DNA of 59,377 bases from a virus (Duplodnaviria > Caudoviricetes): IMG/VR virus record IMGVR_UViG_3300005805_000096, positions 1-59,377 of that record. One strand, 5' to 3'. Positions 7,791 to 16,472 of this stretch are shown here, in pieces (position 1 is the stretch's first letter; every line of letters starts with the position of its first letter). Below the pieces are notes generated by a model that was not told the DNA's origin, searched no databases, and was given only the letters and a program-made list of their open reading frames with translations. The translations under genes were made by a program, and so were the position numbers.

Positions 7791-9458
7791 ATGGAAACTA
7801 GATATAAAGAATTGGAAACTTTAATTGGCAAATTTACTAGAACAATACCAGACACAAAAGAATATAACACAAGACTAGCAGAAGAATTAGAACTAATAGC
7901 AAAACTGGGATTTAGCAAACACTTTCTCAGAGTTAGAGAAATATTAGATCTCACCAAAGATATTCCACACATCACACGCGGCTCCGCTGGCAGCAGTTTA
8001 ATCTGTTATCTAATGGGTATATCAGATATTGACCCAGTACAAGAACGCATACCACTATCACGATTTATGAACCCAAAACGCGATGACTTGCCAGACATTG
8101 ATTTGGATTTCCCCCATTGGCAACAAGAAACTGTGATGAAAAGAATCTTTAATCGCTGGCGTGGTCAAAGTGCTAGAGTCAGTAACTATGTTACTTACAA
8201 GGAAAAATCAGCTCTGCGTGAAGCAGCTAAACGTTATGGCGCTAAAGGCACATTAAAAAGAAACTTTAAATTGGAGGATGTGTTAGAAAAAGATTTTGTT
8301 GATGATGCTAAACGTCTGGCTAATAAACTATTAGGCAAAAAACGCTGTATATCTAAACACTGTGGTGGCATTCTAATTTTTGATAGAGCTGTACCCAAAA
8401 GTCTTATCAATGCAGAAAATCAAATTCTATTAGACAAATATGAAATTGAAGATTTAGAACATTTTAAAATTGATATTCTTGCAAACAGAGGGCTAAGTCA
8501 ACTTTGGGAGATCAGCGATAAATCTCTCAGCGATTATCCTGAACATGATGCTAAAACCAGTGCCTTACTCAGCAGAGGTGATATATTAGGTGTAACACAG
8601 GGCGAAAGCCCAGCAATGAAAAGACTGTTTAGAGCTATTAAGCTACAATGTAAAAGTGACTGCACTCTAGCCACAGCACTGGTTCGTCCTGTGGCCACAC
8701 AGGGAAGACGTAGAGCCAGCTTTTTTCAAGATTGGAGTAAGGATGGACTACAGGACACTATAGTGTTTGAAGATGATGCTATTGAACTAATTAGCACTAT
8801 ACTGAACTGTGATCAATATGAAGCTGATATGTGGCGTCGTGCATTTGCTAAAAAGAACGAAGAAAAAATGTATGAGTTTTTGCAGCTGGTGGGTAATCAC
8901 CCCCGTAAGGATGATGTTATGCTGGCATTAAAAGAACTTAGTCACTTTGGTCTTTGTCGCGCACATGCTATAAACTTAGGAAGATTGATTTGGGCTCTAG
9001 CTTATCAAAAAGCACATAACCCAAAAGCATTTTGGCAAGCAGCTCTCAAACACTGTCAAGGCTCCTATGCACATTGGGTATATTGGCAGGAAGCTAAATT
9101 GGCTGGCGCCGTGCCTGCTGTGACTGAAGGCAGAGAATTAGAAGACCTAATGAAATTTGGCAAATGGCAATCACAACGCTTTGTACCAATCTGTAATGAA
9201 ATCCGTAAACCTGGTCAAGTTGAATTTTGTGGGTTGGTAGCAAACTATCGCGTATTTAAAAGTAAACCCAAAGAATATATTACCTTTGTTACGTTAGGCA
9301 CTGGTAATGGTAGATATTTGGATGTGGTGATACCGCATGCTATAAGTTTTCATGATCATCCCATAATCTGGGGAACGGGCAAATTAGGCTATAAAAACAA
9401 CAGCGAATATGTTACAGTGTTTAAACATAAGAAATTTAAATTACAGGATTTAGTATGA
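7791..9458 (+). CDS. dnaE: Minimal C-family DNA polymerase (DnaE/Pol III alpha-like, no PHP domain)
   Basis: RGSAGSSLICYLMGI.DIDP, RFMNP.R..LPDIDLDF, SKH.GG, FKIDIL, EAD..RRAF.KK, C.AHA motifs; C-terminal OB-fold-like segment. Confidence 0.9.
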   Translation: METRYKELETLIGKFTRTIPDTKEYNTRLAEELELIAKLGFSKHFLRVREILDLTKDIPHITRGSAGSSLICYLMGISDIDPVQERIPLSRFMNPKRDDLPDIDLDFPHWQQETVMKRIFNRWRGQSARVSNYVTYKEKSALREAAKRYGAKGTLKRNFKLEDVLEKDFVDDAKRLANKLLGKKRCISKHCGGILIFDRAVPKSLINAENQILLDKYEIEDLEHFKIDILANRGLSQLWEISDKSLSDYPEHDAKTSALLSRGDILGVTQGESPAMKRLFRAIKLQCKSDCTLATALVRPVATQGRRRASFFQDWSKDGLQDTIVFEDDAIELISTILNCDQYEADMWRRAFAKKNEEKMYEFLQLVGNHPRKDDVMLALKELSHFGLCRAHAINLGRLIWALAYQKAHNPKAFWQAALKHCQGSYAHWVYWQEAKLAGAVPAVTEGRELEDLMKFGKWQSQRFVPICNEIRKPGQVEFCGLVANYRVFKSKPKEYITFVTLGTGNGRYLDVVIPHAISFHDHPIIWGTGKLGYKNNSEYVTVFKHKKFKLQDLV

Positions 9459-9739
9459 TTTGCAGATCAAGGTTGGAAATTTATGCTAGCAGTGATGTTA
9501 AACAACGTGCTGTGATCGCAGGAGAGAAATCAGCATTGACTGCGTTGGCAGAAGCTATTCTAAAAGCTGCTAACGGTGCGGCAGGATTTCACAGTGTGAA
9601 TTTGTTTAAGGGCAATGGACACGATTATGAAATTCTAATTACAAAAAATGTGGAGGAAGAGGAATGGCAAAGTATGCCAGAGTCTGCTGACCATATAAAT
9701 TTTGTTAAAGATTTAGATGCTGTGAAATCTGCTGTATAA
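9455..9739 (+). CDS. Hypothetical protein
   Basis: 94 aa; ATGA coupling to dnaE. Confidence 0.7.
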   Translation: MICRSRLEIYASSDVKQRAVIAGEKSALTALAEAILKAANGAAGFHSVNLFKGNGHDYEILITKNVEEEEWQSMPESADHINFVKDLDAVKSAV

Positions 9740-9740
9740 C

Positions 9741-9800
9741 TTATAGATTTTTTGTTTTACAATTATCACCGTGCCAGCGAGCGTAATTAAATTTAGTCAT
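9741..9800 (-). pseudogene. Remnant C-terminus of a homing-endonuclease-type protein
   Basis: Reads MTKFNYARWHGDNCKTKNL*, matching the …RFHGKKCKENR tail of the ORF at 14390-15064. Confidence 0.5.
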
Positions 9801-11286
9801 TGGTAGTATAGATCCATTTCGTTTGCCCACAGTCCCAAATTCTATACATACTTCGATCCCGCATGATTTGATGTTCCGTTTTACTGTTATTTTCTGTTGT
9901 GGCAATTTTCTTTTTAGTAAATTTAGATCTATGATATCGTTTGGTAAAATCTGTATAATGATACCCTGGACCTCTAATGTCTCCATCTTGAACAAATTGT
10001 AACTTTTTATACAAGTTACCGTTACCCCATCTCATATCACAATAAGATATCACTGACTTTGGAGTAAACTCTTTGCAGAAAGCAGCGAATAGTTTACTAG
10101 CACCCCCAACCACCGTAGCAGAACTACAGTATCTTATTAATTCATACTCTATCTTCTTATCATATCTAGGAACACCAAAGGTCATAACCGCTACTAATGT
10201 ATTTTCAAAGAAACAACCATATGCAATTTTTGCTATGGCATGACCTTGTATGTGATGCTGTGCGATGAACTCTTTGGCTTCATTTATTGTTATTTTTTTA
10301 ATTTGACATTTTCTTGCATAAATTTTTTGATCTGCCCCTAAAATATTTCTCAATCTGCTTTTTACAATTTCTTTAGACTGTAACCACTCGTCCTCAAATA
10401 TAGTTATAAGCCTGTATCCCTTTTCGTTACATAGCCTCAATTTTTTCAAGTGATAATTTTTATCTAACTTGTAGGCCTCAGAATGCCAATAAAGCCCGCA
10501 GTATTCTATTGCGACTTTGTGTTCTGCAATTACAATATCTAATTCGTACGGGTTAATTATGCTTTTATCTGACTGTTTCGCGCTATTACCTACCAAAGAT
10601 TGAACATAATCAAATACCTCTGTTTCTTGTTTGCTGGTATAAGATGGAACATATGGATTACAGATTTTACATTTAGGTACATGACCGTTATCGATATAAT
10701 CATTGAAAATTGTTCCACATGTTAAGCAATTGAATTTATAATATACTTGGTTGCTGACTCCTTTGTACTCAGTTTCATTTGTTACGAATACTATATTAGC
10801 TGTGTTCTTATATTTTTCATTGAGTCTTTGAAAGCTAGTTAACTTTGGTTTTTTGATCTTCCTTGGCAACAAAGAATAATATTCAGCATGCTTTAGTTTG
10901 GCTTTTGCGGTTTGTGCATTGTTGGTTACTCCGTACTTCTTTATAGTGGTTGTTTTTCGTTTTTCATTTATTTGACTACGCTTTAAATCAGAGTAATTAC
11001 TTTTGGTTATAGAAACCTTTTCTTTCACTGAAGCAGCGGCACAAATACAATTGCTAGCATGACCACAAAATCTATATCCTTCATTAATTGAATTAAATTT
11101 TTTAATTTTACCATGTGTGCAAATATTGTTCTGTTTGCTTAATGCACTATAAATTAATTCTGAAATATTATTTGAGCTAACGCAACTATTATTCATTACC
11201 CATTGCATTAATTCGCTATTATTTTTTACCAATTTAGCGAAGTGCTTTGGTTTATCTTTTATAAGCTGTAAAATTTTTTCTTTCAT
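9793..11286 (-). CDS. Hef-like PD-(D/E)XK homing endonuclease with Zn-ribbon and C-terminal GNAT-like domain
   Basis: KYGV.N repeat; CxxC…CxxC; S..E.EV…ELDI…AIEY.G.YWH…K…GYRLITIFEDEW; C-terminal ARKC…HHIQG…EL.RYC…GGASKL…SY.D.RW domain. Confidence 0.75.
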   Translation of the reverse strand: MKEKILQLIKDKPKHFAKLVKNNSELMQWVMNNSCVSSNNISELIYSALSKQNNICTHGKIKKFNSINEGYRFCGHASNCICAAASVKEKVSITKSNYSDLKRSQINEKRKTTTIKKYGVTNNAQTAKAKLKHAEYYSLLPRKIKKPKLTSFQRLNEKYKNTANIVFVTNETEYKGVSNQVYYKFNCLTCGTIFNDYIDNGHVPKCKICNPYVPSYTSKQETEVFDYVQSLVGNSAKQSDKSIINPYELDIVIAEHKVAIEYCGLYWHSEAYKLDKNYHLKKLRLCNEKGYRLITIFEDEWLQSKEIVKSRLRNILGADQKIYARKCQIKKITINEAKEFIAQHHIQGHAIAKIAYGCFFENTLVAVMTFGVPRYDKKIEYELIRYCSSATVVGGASKLFAAFCKEFTPKSVISYCDMRWGNGNLYKKLQFVQDGDIRGPGYHYTDFTKRYHRSKFTKKKIATTENNSKTEHQIMRDRSMYRIWDCGQTKWIYTTND

Positions 11287-11316
11287 CTTGACCCCACAAC
11301 ATTTAAAGTTACTAAT

Positions 11317-11344
11317 AGTATATATTAAAATGGATAGAAGTCAA
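11317..11344 (-). promoter_or_regulatory. Sigma70-type promoter for the endonuclease gene
   Basis: TTGACT, 16-nt spacer, TATACT, immediately after the terminator U-tract. Confidence 0.55.
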
Positions 11345-11345
11345 C

Positions 11346-11368
11346 AAAAAACCCACCGAAGTGGGTTT
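11346..11368 (-). terminator. Rho-independent terminator after the major capsid gene (UUCG loop)
   Basis: AAACCCAC-TTCG-GTGGGTTT followed by T's. Confidence 0.9.
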
Positions 11369-11400
11369 CTTGTTTATTACTATTACTGCTGTCAGTAATT

Positions 11401-12585
11401 TTATTGAAATGATAGATTCGAAACACTGATCTCGCTGACATAGTCGCCCGCATTGCCAAGGCTGGATGCGGTGTTAGTGAGCTCCACATATCCGTACCTT
11501 GTCATAAAGCCAACGACTGGTTCGAAGGTGCTTGGATCCAGCACAACACCGCTGCTCATCAATGGGATGTATGGGCAGTAGAATGCTGCTGCATCTGCTT
11601 CGCTGCTACCTTTGTAACCAACTAGAACTGCTTGGCTATCGTTAGCATAGCTGTCTACGTAAATACGCATTGCACCGTTCAGTGTACCAACGAACTTAGT
11701 GTTTGTTGGTGCTTCAAAAGTGCCTTCAGTTGTACGAGCAAAAGCTGAAGTTGTTGCGCTTTGTAGTACAGTCAAGCTAGCTGGGCTAACAACGGCCCAG
11801 TTACCTGCGCCACGACGTGTACGCTGAGCAATCAAGTTTGCAGCACGATTGATAAGAACAGCAAGAGCAGCGTGTTCATCACCAACGAATGTTGCAGTAC
11901 CTGAAACAGCGGCCTGATCGTAAGCAAAGTCTGTAGCTGCAAGACTACGCAGGGAGCCTAGGATTTCCTGATCAATTTCAACAGTAATTTCCTGTGCTAG
12001 TGCTGCCATAATTTCAGCTTCAATGTCAAGACCGTGCATGCTCTGTGCATCTTGAGCAGCTTCAAAAGTCCAACGTGCGCTTAATTTACGAGTCTTAGCT
12101 TCAACGACCTGCTTTAGAATTTGCACGTTGATCTTACGACCTGGTACACCTTCTAGTGCGCTAGTTGAAGTAGCACGACCAGTTGTCAAGCTACCAGAGT
12201 AAGCAGTAGCGATTTTAAATGGGCTTAGGGCCTCGTCGCCTGCTGTAGTGCTGGTATTAAATGGAGCTGGTGCAGTTGCGTTAGTTGTTTCTGCATAACG
12301 AACTCGCAGTGTGTGGATCTGAGCCACTGGACCAGTCATTGGTTGCACGCCAACAATTTCGTTAGCAATAACGGTTGGCATAACACGACGGATCACTGGA
12401 AGGATCACGCGGTTTAGTGTTGCAACGTTGCCAGCGCTGGTTGATCCTGCAGTTGCATTTTCAGCCAAGTGCTTGCGGGTGTTCTCTAGGATCACACCCA
12501 TTGTGGTTCTACGTGAACCGTTAAGACCTTCTAGCAGGGCATCTTTTGTTTCGCCCCAACGGCCTTCTAATAGTGCTTGTGTCAT
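11401..12585 (-). CDS. gp23: Major capsid protein (T4 gp23-like)
   Basis: RRVMP..IA.EIVGVQPMTGP, EAKTRKL.A.WT.E.AQD…HGLD.EAE, FYCPYIPL, F.P..GF.TRYG. Confidence 0.97.
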   Translation of the reverse strand: MTQALLEGRWGETKDALLEGLNGSRRTTMGVILENTRKHLAENATAGSTSAGNVATLNRVILPVIRRVMPTVIANEIVGVQPMTGPVAQIHTLRVRYAETTNATAPAPFNTSTTAGDEALSPFKIATAYSGSLTTGRATSTSALEGVPGRKINVQILKQVVEAKTRKLSARWTFEAAQDAQSMHGLDIEAEIMAALAQEITVEIDQEILGSLRSLAATDFAYDQAAVSGTATFVGDEHAALAVLINRAANLIAQRTRRGAGNWAVVSPASLTVLQSATTSAFARTTEGTFEAPTNTKFVGTLNGAMRIYVDSYANDSQAVLVGYKGSSEADAAAFYCPYIPLMSSGVVLDPSTFEPVVGFMTRYGYVELTNTASSLGNAGDYVSEISVSNLSFQ

Positions 12586-12607
12586 TTACTTTCTCTCCTA
12601 TTTAGGG

Positions 12608-13708
12608 TTATTTTAGCCCTGCTAAACGTTTAATCTCAATCACGTTAGTGTGATCGGTTTCAACGCTGACCTTAGCAGATTTATCACCAGTTACTTCTTT
12701 ACGTGATTCAGACAGCACCTGCTTTTCGGCTTTTGGTGCGGCAGAATTATTAAGAACTGCTGGTAGATACTTTTCGAATGCAGACTTCAACTTTGGAGTC
12801 TGAACATTCTCAAGAAGACTCATCATTACAGACTGTTTCTCCTTGTTTAGAGGCTTCATCAACTCGTCAAGAGTTTGTTTGCGCTCCTGTGATTCTTTGA
12901 TCATGCGAATCTCACGGTCTTTTGACTCTACCAAAGTAGCTTTCTCTGCTTCAGCCTTTTTGGCTTCTGCGATTAGCTGATCCTTAGCTTCGATTTCCTT
13001 GCGCATTTTTGCAAGTTCGCTGTTCTCATTTAAGTGAGTAATAGCAAATTCACTGGCAAAGGTTTCAAAAATACGACGACCAAAATTGTTTTCGCGAGCA
13101 ATTTTGATATCTTCTTTTAATTGAGTCAATTCAGCTGCTAGATTCTTGCCCACAGATTCTTTAACAAGATTTGCGCTTTGAGCTACGAACTGCTTTTGTA
13201 GCTCTGTCAATTTAGCTTTCGCTTCACTGACCAAACGGACCTTAGTCTCAACCACATCCTGTTTGTCCTTAGCAAACTCTTGAATTTCCTCAGCCAATGC
13301 TCTAATCACAAACTGTTCCAAACGCTGTGTTGCACCTTTGGAAAGTTTACGATCTTCGCGCAGCTCTTTGATTTCTTCAGCTAGTTTTGACACTAGGAAG
13401 CTATCAAATTTGCCGGCTGCTTCCTGCATGTGTTTGTTAAAACGCACACGATCTGCTGCCAGCTGCTGTTTTTCTTCGACGAATTCACGTAGTTCACTTT
13501 GCAGACTCTCTGTGACCATTTTGTCTAGAGCCTCAACCATAACACCTTTATCGTGTTCGTAGCGACCTGCAAATTCTTCGCGCATTTCTGTGCGAATTTG
13601 CTCACGAGCTTCATTTAACTTAGATTCCCAAGCCTCATTGATTGCAGTCTTGGTTTCTTCATTAATGATGCCGCTGTCCACTAGTGGTTTTAGTGCATCT
13701 AATGTCAT
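12608..13708 (-). CDS. gp22: Prohead core scaffold protein (gp22-like)
   Basis: Coiled-coil, Glu/Lys-rich, located between protease and capsid genes; GRRIFETFASEF motif. Confidence 0.85.
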   Translation of the reverse strand: MTLDALKPLVDSGIINEETKTAINEAWESKLNEAREQIRTEMREEFAGRYEHDKGVMVEALDKMVTESLQSELREFVEEKQQLAADRVRFNKHMQEAAGKFDSFLVSKLAEEIKELREDRKLSKGATQRLEQFVIRALAEEIQEFAKDKQDVVETKVRLVSEAKAKLTELQKQFVAQSANLVKESVGKNLAAELTQLKEDIKIARENNFGRRIFETFASEFAITHLNENSELAKMRKEIEAKDQLIAEAKKAEAEKATLVESKDREIRMIKESQERKQTLDELMKPLNKEKQSVMMSLLENVQTPKLKSAFEKYLPAVLNNSAAPKAEKQVLSESRKEVTGDKSAKVSVETDHTNVIEIKRLAGLK

Positions 13709-13755
13709 TTGACATCTCCTTTAATGGTCTTACTTGAAAACATATTTCTCATTGA

Positions 13756-14400
13756 TTAAACTTTCAAATCTTTGATGAGGCGTTTTACTTCCTCAGCCAA
13801 GTACTTTTGTACACGTTGATCCGTTAATGAATCACGTGACATTTCCAACACTCTATGACCACCACGCATATTCATTAAACCTTCATATACTGCTTTAGGA
13901 TATGCGTTTGGTGCTGAAGGCTGTGCAACAATGTCAACTGTGACAATTTCAAAATCACTGACGTGTCCAGATCCTTCATTAACATTGCCACTACCTCTGC
14001 TGCTAACTCCTAACTTAACTCCGCTTTTTAACATCACGTCCACTAATTGGCCCATTGGTGTTGGAAGTATCTTGAGCTTTCCAATTCCATTAGGTCCGTC
14101 CATATGAATGTCAGTAATCATGTGGCATACACGGTCCAAGTTAATTTTCAAATCATCAGGATGGTCTAACTCACCCAGGATGCTATACCCATCTCTCAAT
14201 TGATTGTTCATATTATCAACGGCGCGTTTAATTTCATCAACCGGATAAACTCTCTGATTAGCATTTTTTACTCCACCTTGAATAAAGATCCCTTTCATAT
14301 ACAAGGTTTTACCTTTACCATCTGATGAGTCCTCGGACAAAATTTCCATTTTAGCCGCATCATATGACAAATGTTCAGTAAGAGTAGTTTTAAAGACCAT
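13756..14400 (-). CDS. gp21: Prohead protease (gp21-like)
   Basis: GIFIQG..KN.NQRVYP, GELDHP, LGVSSRGSG, DIVA.PSAP.AY. Likely start ATG 14400. Confidence 0.95.
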   Translation of the reverse strand: MVFKTTLTEHLSYDAAKMEILSEDSSDGKGKTLYMKGIFIQGGVKNANQRVYPVDEIKRAVDNMNNQLRDGYSILGELDHPDDLKINLDRVCHMITDIHMDGPNGIGKLKILPTPMGQLVDVMLKSGVKLGVSSRGSGNVNEGSGHVSDFEIVTVDIVAQPSAPNAYPKAVYEGLMNMRGGHRVLEMSRDSLTDQRVQKYLAEEVKRLIKDLKV

Positions 14401-15064
14401 CTCTATTTTCCTTACATTTTTTACCATGGAACCTTCCAAACTGCGCAGGTTTGAACGACCTTAAACAATGCGGACACTGCGTTTTGGGTAATTGTAAAAG
14501 AGACACTGATATCTTGCTTTTAACTCCCTCGTCTCTTGATCTACCTGTCAGGGTCATTGATATCTTTTTCTTAACTTCCAGTGGGACAGTTCTCCCTATA
14601 AGTTTTTTTGATATTAAATTTTTACTATATTCACTATGCTGCTTACCGTAAAAACTATTTCCTGAACCAGAAAACGCTTTAGATTTTTTAACTCTAGTAG
14701 CTAGACTCTGTTTTTTACCTAAGAGCTTTCGTGATATCTTTGCTTTGGTTTCTTTAGAGCGTAGCGACCCAAAATTAACACTCCTGCCATCGTTGTTGTG
14801 TCTGTTTAAGCTTCGGGCATCATTCTTAGCGTCAAATAACCGCAATATCTCTGTTTCAAGATCATACATGTCCTTTGGGCTACCAGTTGCGATTATATCT
14901 CTTTTCCATTCATTAATACTTTCCATTATTAATGGTTTGACATATTTGCTGGAGCAGATATATCCGTCACCTGGGTGACATCCTTTAGCTGTACGAGAAC
15001 CCACATACCACCTAAGTGATGGTATGTGAGTCCATTTATATACGTAAGCTATTGTATCCGACAC
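14390..15064 (-). mobile_element. Free-standing GIY-YIG (Seg-like) homing endonuclease with NUMOD3-like repeats
   Basis: AYVY…YVGSR…Y.CSS catalytic domain; repeats such as S.ETK.KIS..L.G and GNSFYGK.HSE; terminal CPHC…RFHG..C. Confidence 0.85.
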
Positions 15065-15076
15065 TCAGTTTGTCCC

Positions 15077-16108
15077 TTATTTGGCCAATGGGCTTTTCTT
15101 GTTAGTGTTTGATACTTCTGCAGTCTTAGCAGCTGGAGCCTTGCTCTTGTAGCTGCTTTTGCCTGCATTAGCACCTGGAACGTTTTGGAACTTTCCAGCA
15201 CCTGGAAGATTGCCTTCGCCTTTGGTGTACTCATTGTGTGGCTTTGGAGTTGGCTTTCCATCTGGATCTTCACCCTTATCACCTTGGTTTAGATTCTTAG
15301 CAGTACCACCCATATCGTTCTTGCCAGCGACAATGCTTTGTTTATCCACTGCTACTGTGCCACCTTCGCCAACTTCATGACCTTCACCTTTAGCTGGTTC
15401 CTGTGAATAAATGTCGCCTAACTTCTCAACATATTCACGAATCCATTCAGACTCAGTCATTTTCTTTTTGTCTTTTTTGGCGTCTTTTTTGGCGTCCTTC
15501 TTGTCCTTCAGCATTTCTTCCTTTTTATCTTTCTTAGCTTCCATGGTAGGCATCATTCCCATTTCTGCCATTTCATCGCCCTCATCAGCACCCATGTCGT
15601 CACCTGGCATTGCCATGTCATCGCCCATATCTGCGTGCTCTGGCTCATTCATTTCATCAGCCATTAGTTCATCAAATTTGGATTGAAGATCAGCTAATGC
15701 TGTTTCAATGTTCATGATGTCACCTTTGGTAGCTGGTTCTTCATCGCCGCCCATTTCATCATCAACTTCAACTTCAGCATCCATATCAACTTCGCCAGCT
15801 TCATCTTCAGCGTCCATATCTTCTTCTGAGTCATCAGCTTCATCCATGTCCTCAGCATCTTCTTCAGCTGCTTCGTCCATATCTTCTTCTTCTGAATGGT
15901 ATGCTTCTTCCATTCCTTCTTCGTCAGTGCTGATTTCGTCAACTAGTTCTTCAACTTCGTTGCCACCAACTTCTGCTAGATCTTCCTCGTCGATTAATGA
16001 TTCGTAGATCTCACGGGATTTTTCCACAACAATGCTGTGAAACAATTCACGTGCTTTATCCTCTTGATCATTAATAATGTATTCTATTAATTGCTCGTAT
16101 TTTGACAT
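15077..16108 (-). CDS. Acidic prohead core protein (gp67/68-like position)
   Basis: Very D/E-rich low-complexity protein between portal and protease genes. Confidence 0.75.
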   Translation of the reverse strand: MSKYEQLIEYIINDQEDKARELFHSIVVEKSREIYESLIDEEDLAEVGGNEVEELVDEISTDEEGMEEAYHSEEEDMDEAAEEDAEDMDEADDSEEDMDAEDEAGEVDMDAEVEVDDEMGGDEEPATKGDIMNIETALADLQSKFDELMADEMNEPEHADMGDDMAMPGDDMGADEGDEMAEMGMMPTMEAKKDKKEEMLKDKKDAKKDAKKDKKKMTESEWIREYVEKLGDIYSQEPAKGEGHEVGEGGTVAVDKQSIVAGKNDMGGTAKNLNQGDKGEDPDGKPTPKPHNEYTKGEGNLPGAGKFQNVPGANAGKSSYKSKAPAAKTAEVSNTNKKSPLAK

Positions 16109-16136
16109 TTTTGTATCCTTTTAAAAAAATGTACAG

Positions 16137-16172
16137 TGAATCTTTCTGTAGTAGTATTTACAGGAAGATTCA
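16137..16172. promoter_or_regulatory. 14-bp inverted repeat enclosing a TAAATA late-promoter motif (minus strand, 16160-16155)
   Basis: tgaatctttctgta / tacaggaagattca with one mismatch. Confidence 0.55.
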
Positions 16173-16227
16173 AAAAATGGTGTTATTAAGGGGGTTTTTT
16201 GACGAATTCAGTCAAAAAACTATGGGA

Positions 16228-16452
16228 TCAAAGTCCGCCAGCTGGCTGTGCGGGGATTTTGTATTGGTCAGAAAGAGTCTCTAACTTCTTTTCATTTTCT
16301 AATTTACGCACATCATTCATCATGCGTAAACGGTTTAATCTATCAAAATTCAGCCGTGTTTTACGTGTGTCATCCAAACGTAAAACTGTGTTATCTTCTT
16401 TTTCACTACGATAACCGTGGGGTGTTGGGCTGTATAATTCTAATAAATTCAT
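16228..16452 (-). CDS. Small head-module protein
   Basis: DTRKTRL…LNRLR.M.D.R motif; TAAATA 5 nt upstream of the ATG. Confidence 0.8.
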   Translation of the reverse strand: MNLLELYSPTPHGYRSEKEDNTVLRLDDTRKTRLNFDRLNRLRMMNDVRKLENEKKLETLSDQYKIPAQPAGGL

Positions 16453-16472
16453 AGCTTTATTTAATCAATTTT

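Noticed and set aside
9455-9739. Vague resemblance to Imm32-type immunity proteins
   Set aside because: Only a loose pattern (I.G…L..LA..I) seen by eye; not enough to call.
9741-9995. 84-aa minus-strand ORF as a complete gene
   Set aside because: Mostly overlaps the endonuclease gene in another frame; only the last ~19 codons look protein-like and are reported as a remnant.
15411-16007. Ser-rich plus-strand ORFs and short KKDA repeats
   Set aside because: Antisense shadows and low-complexity coding of the acidic core protein.
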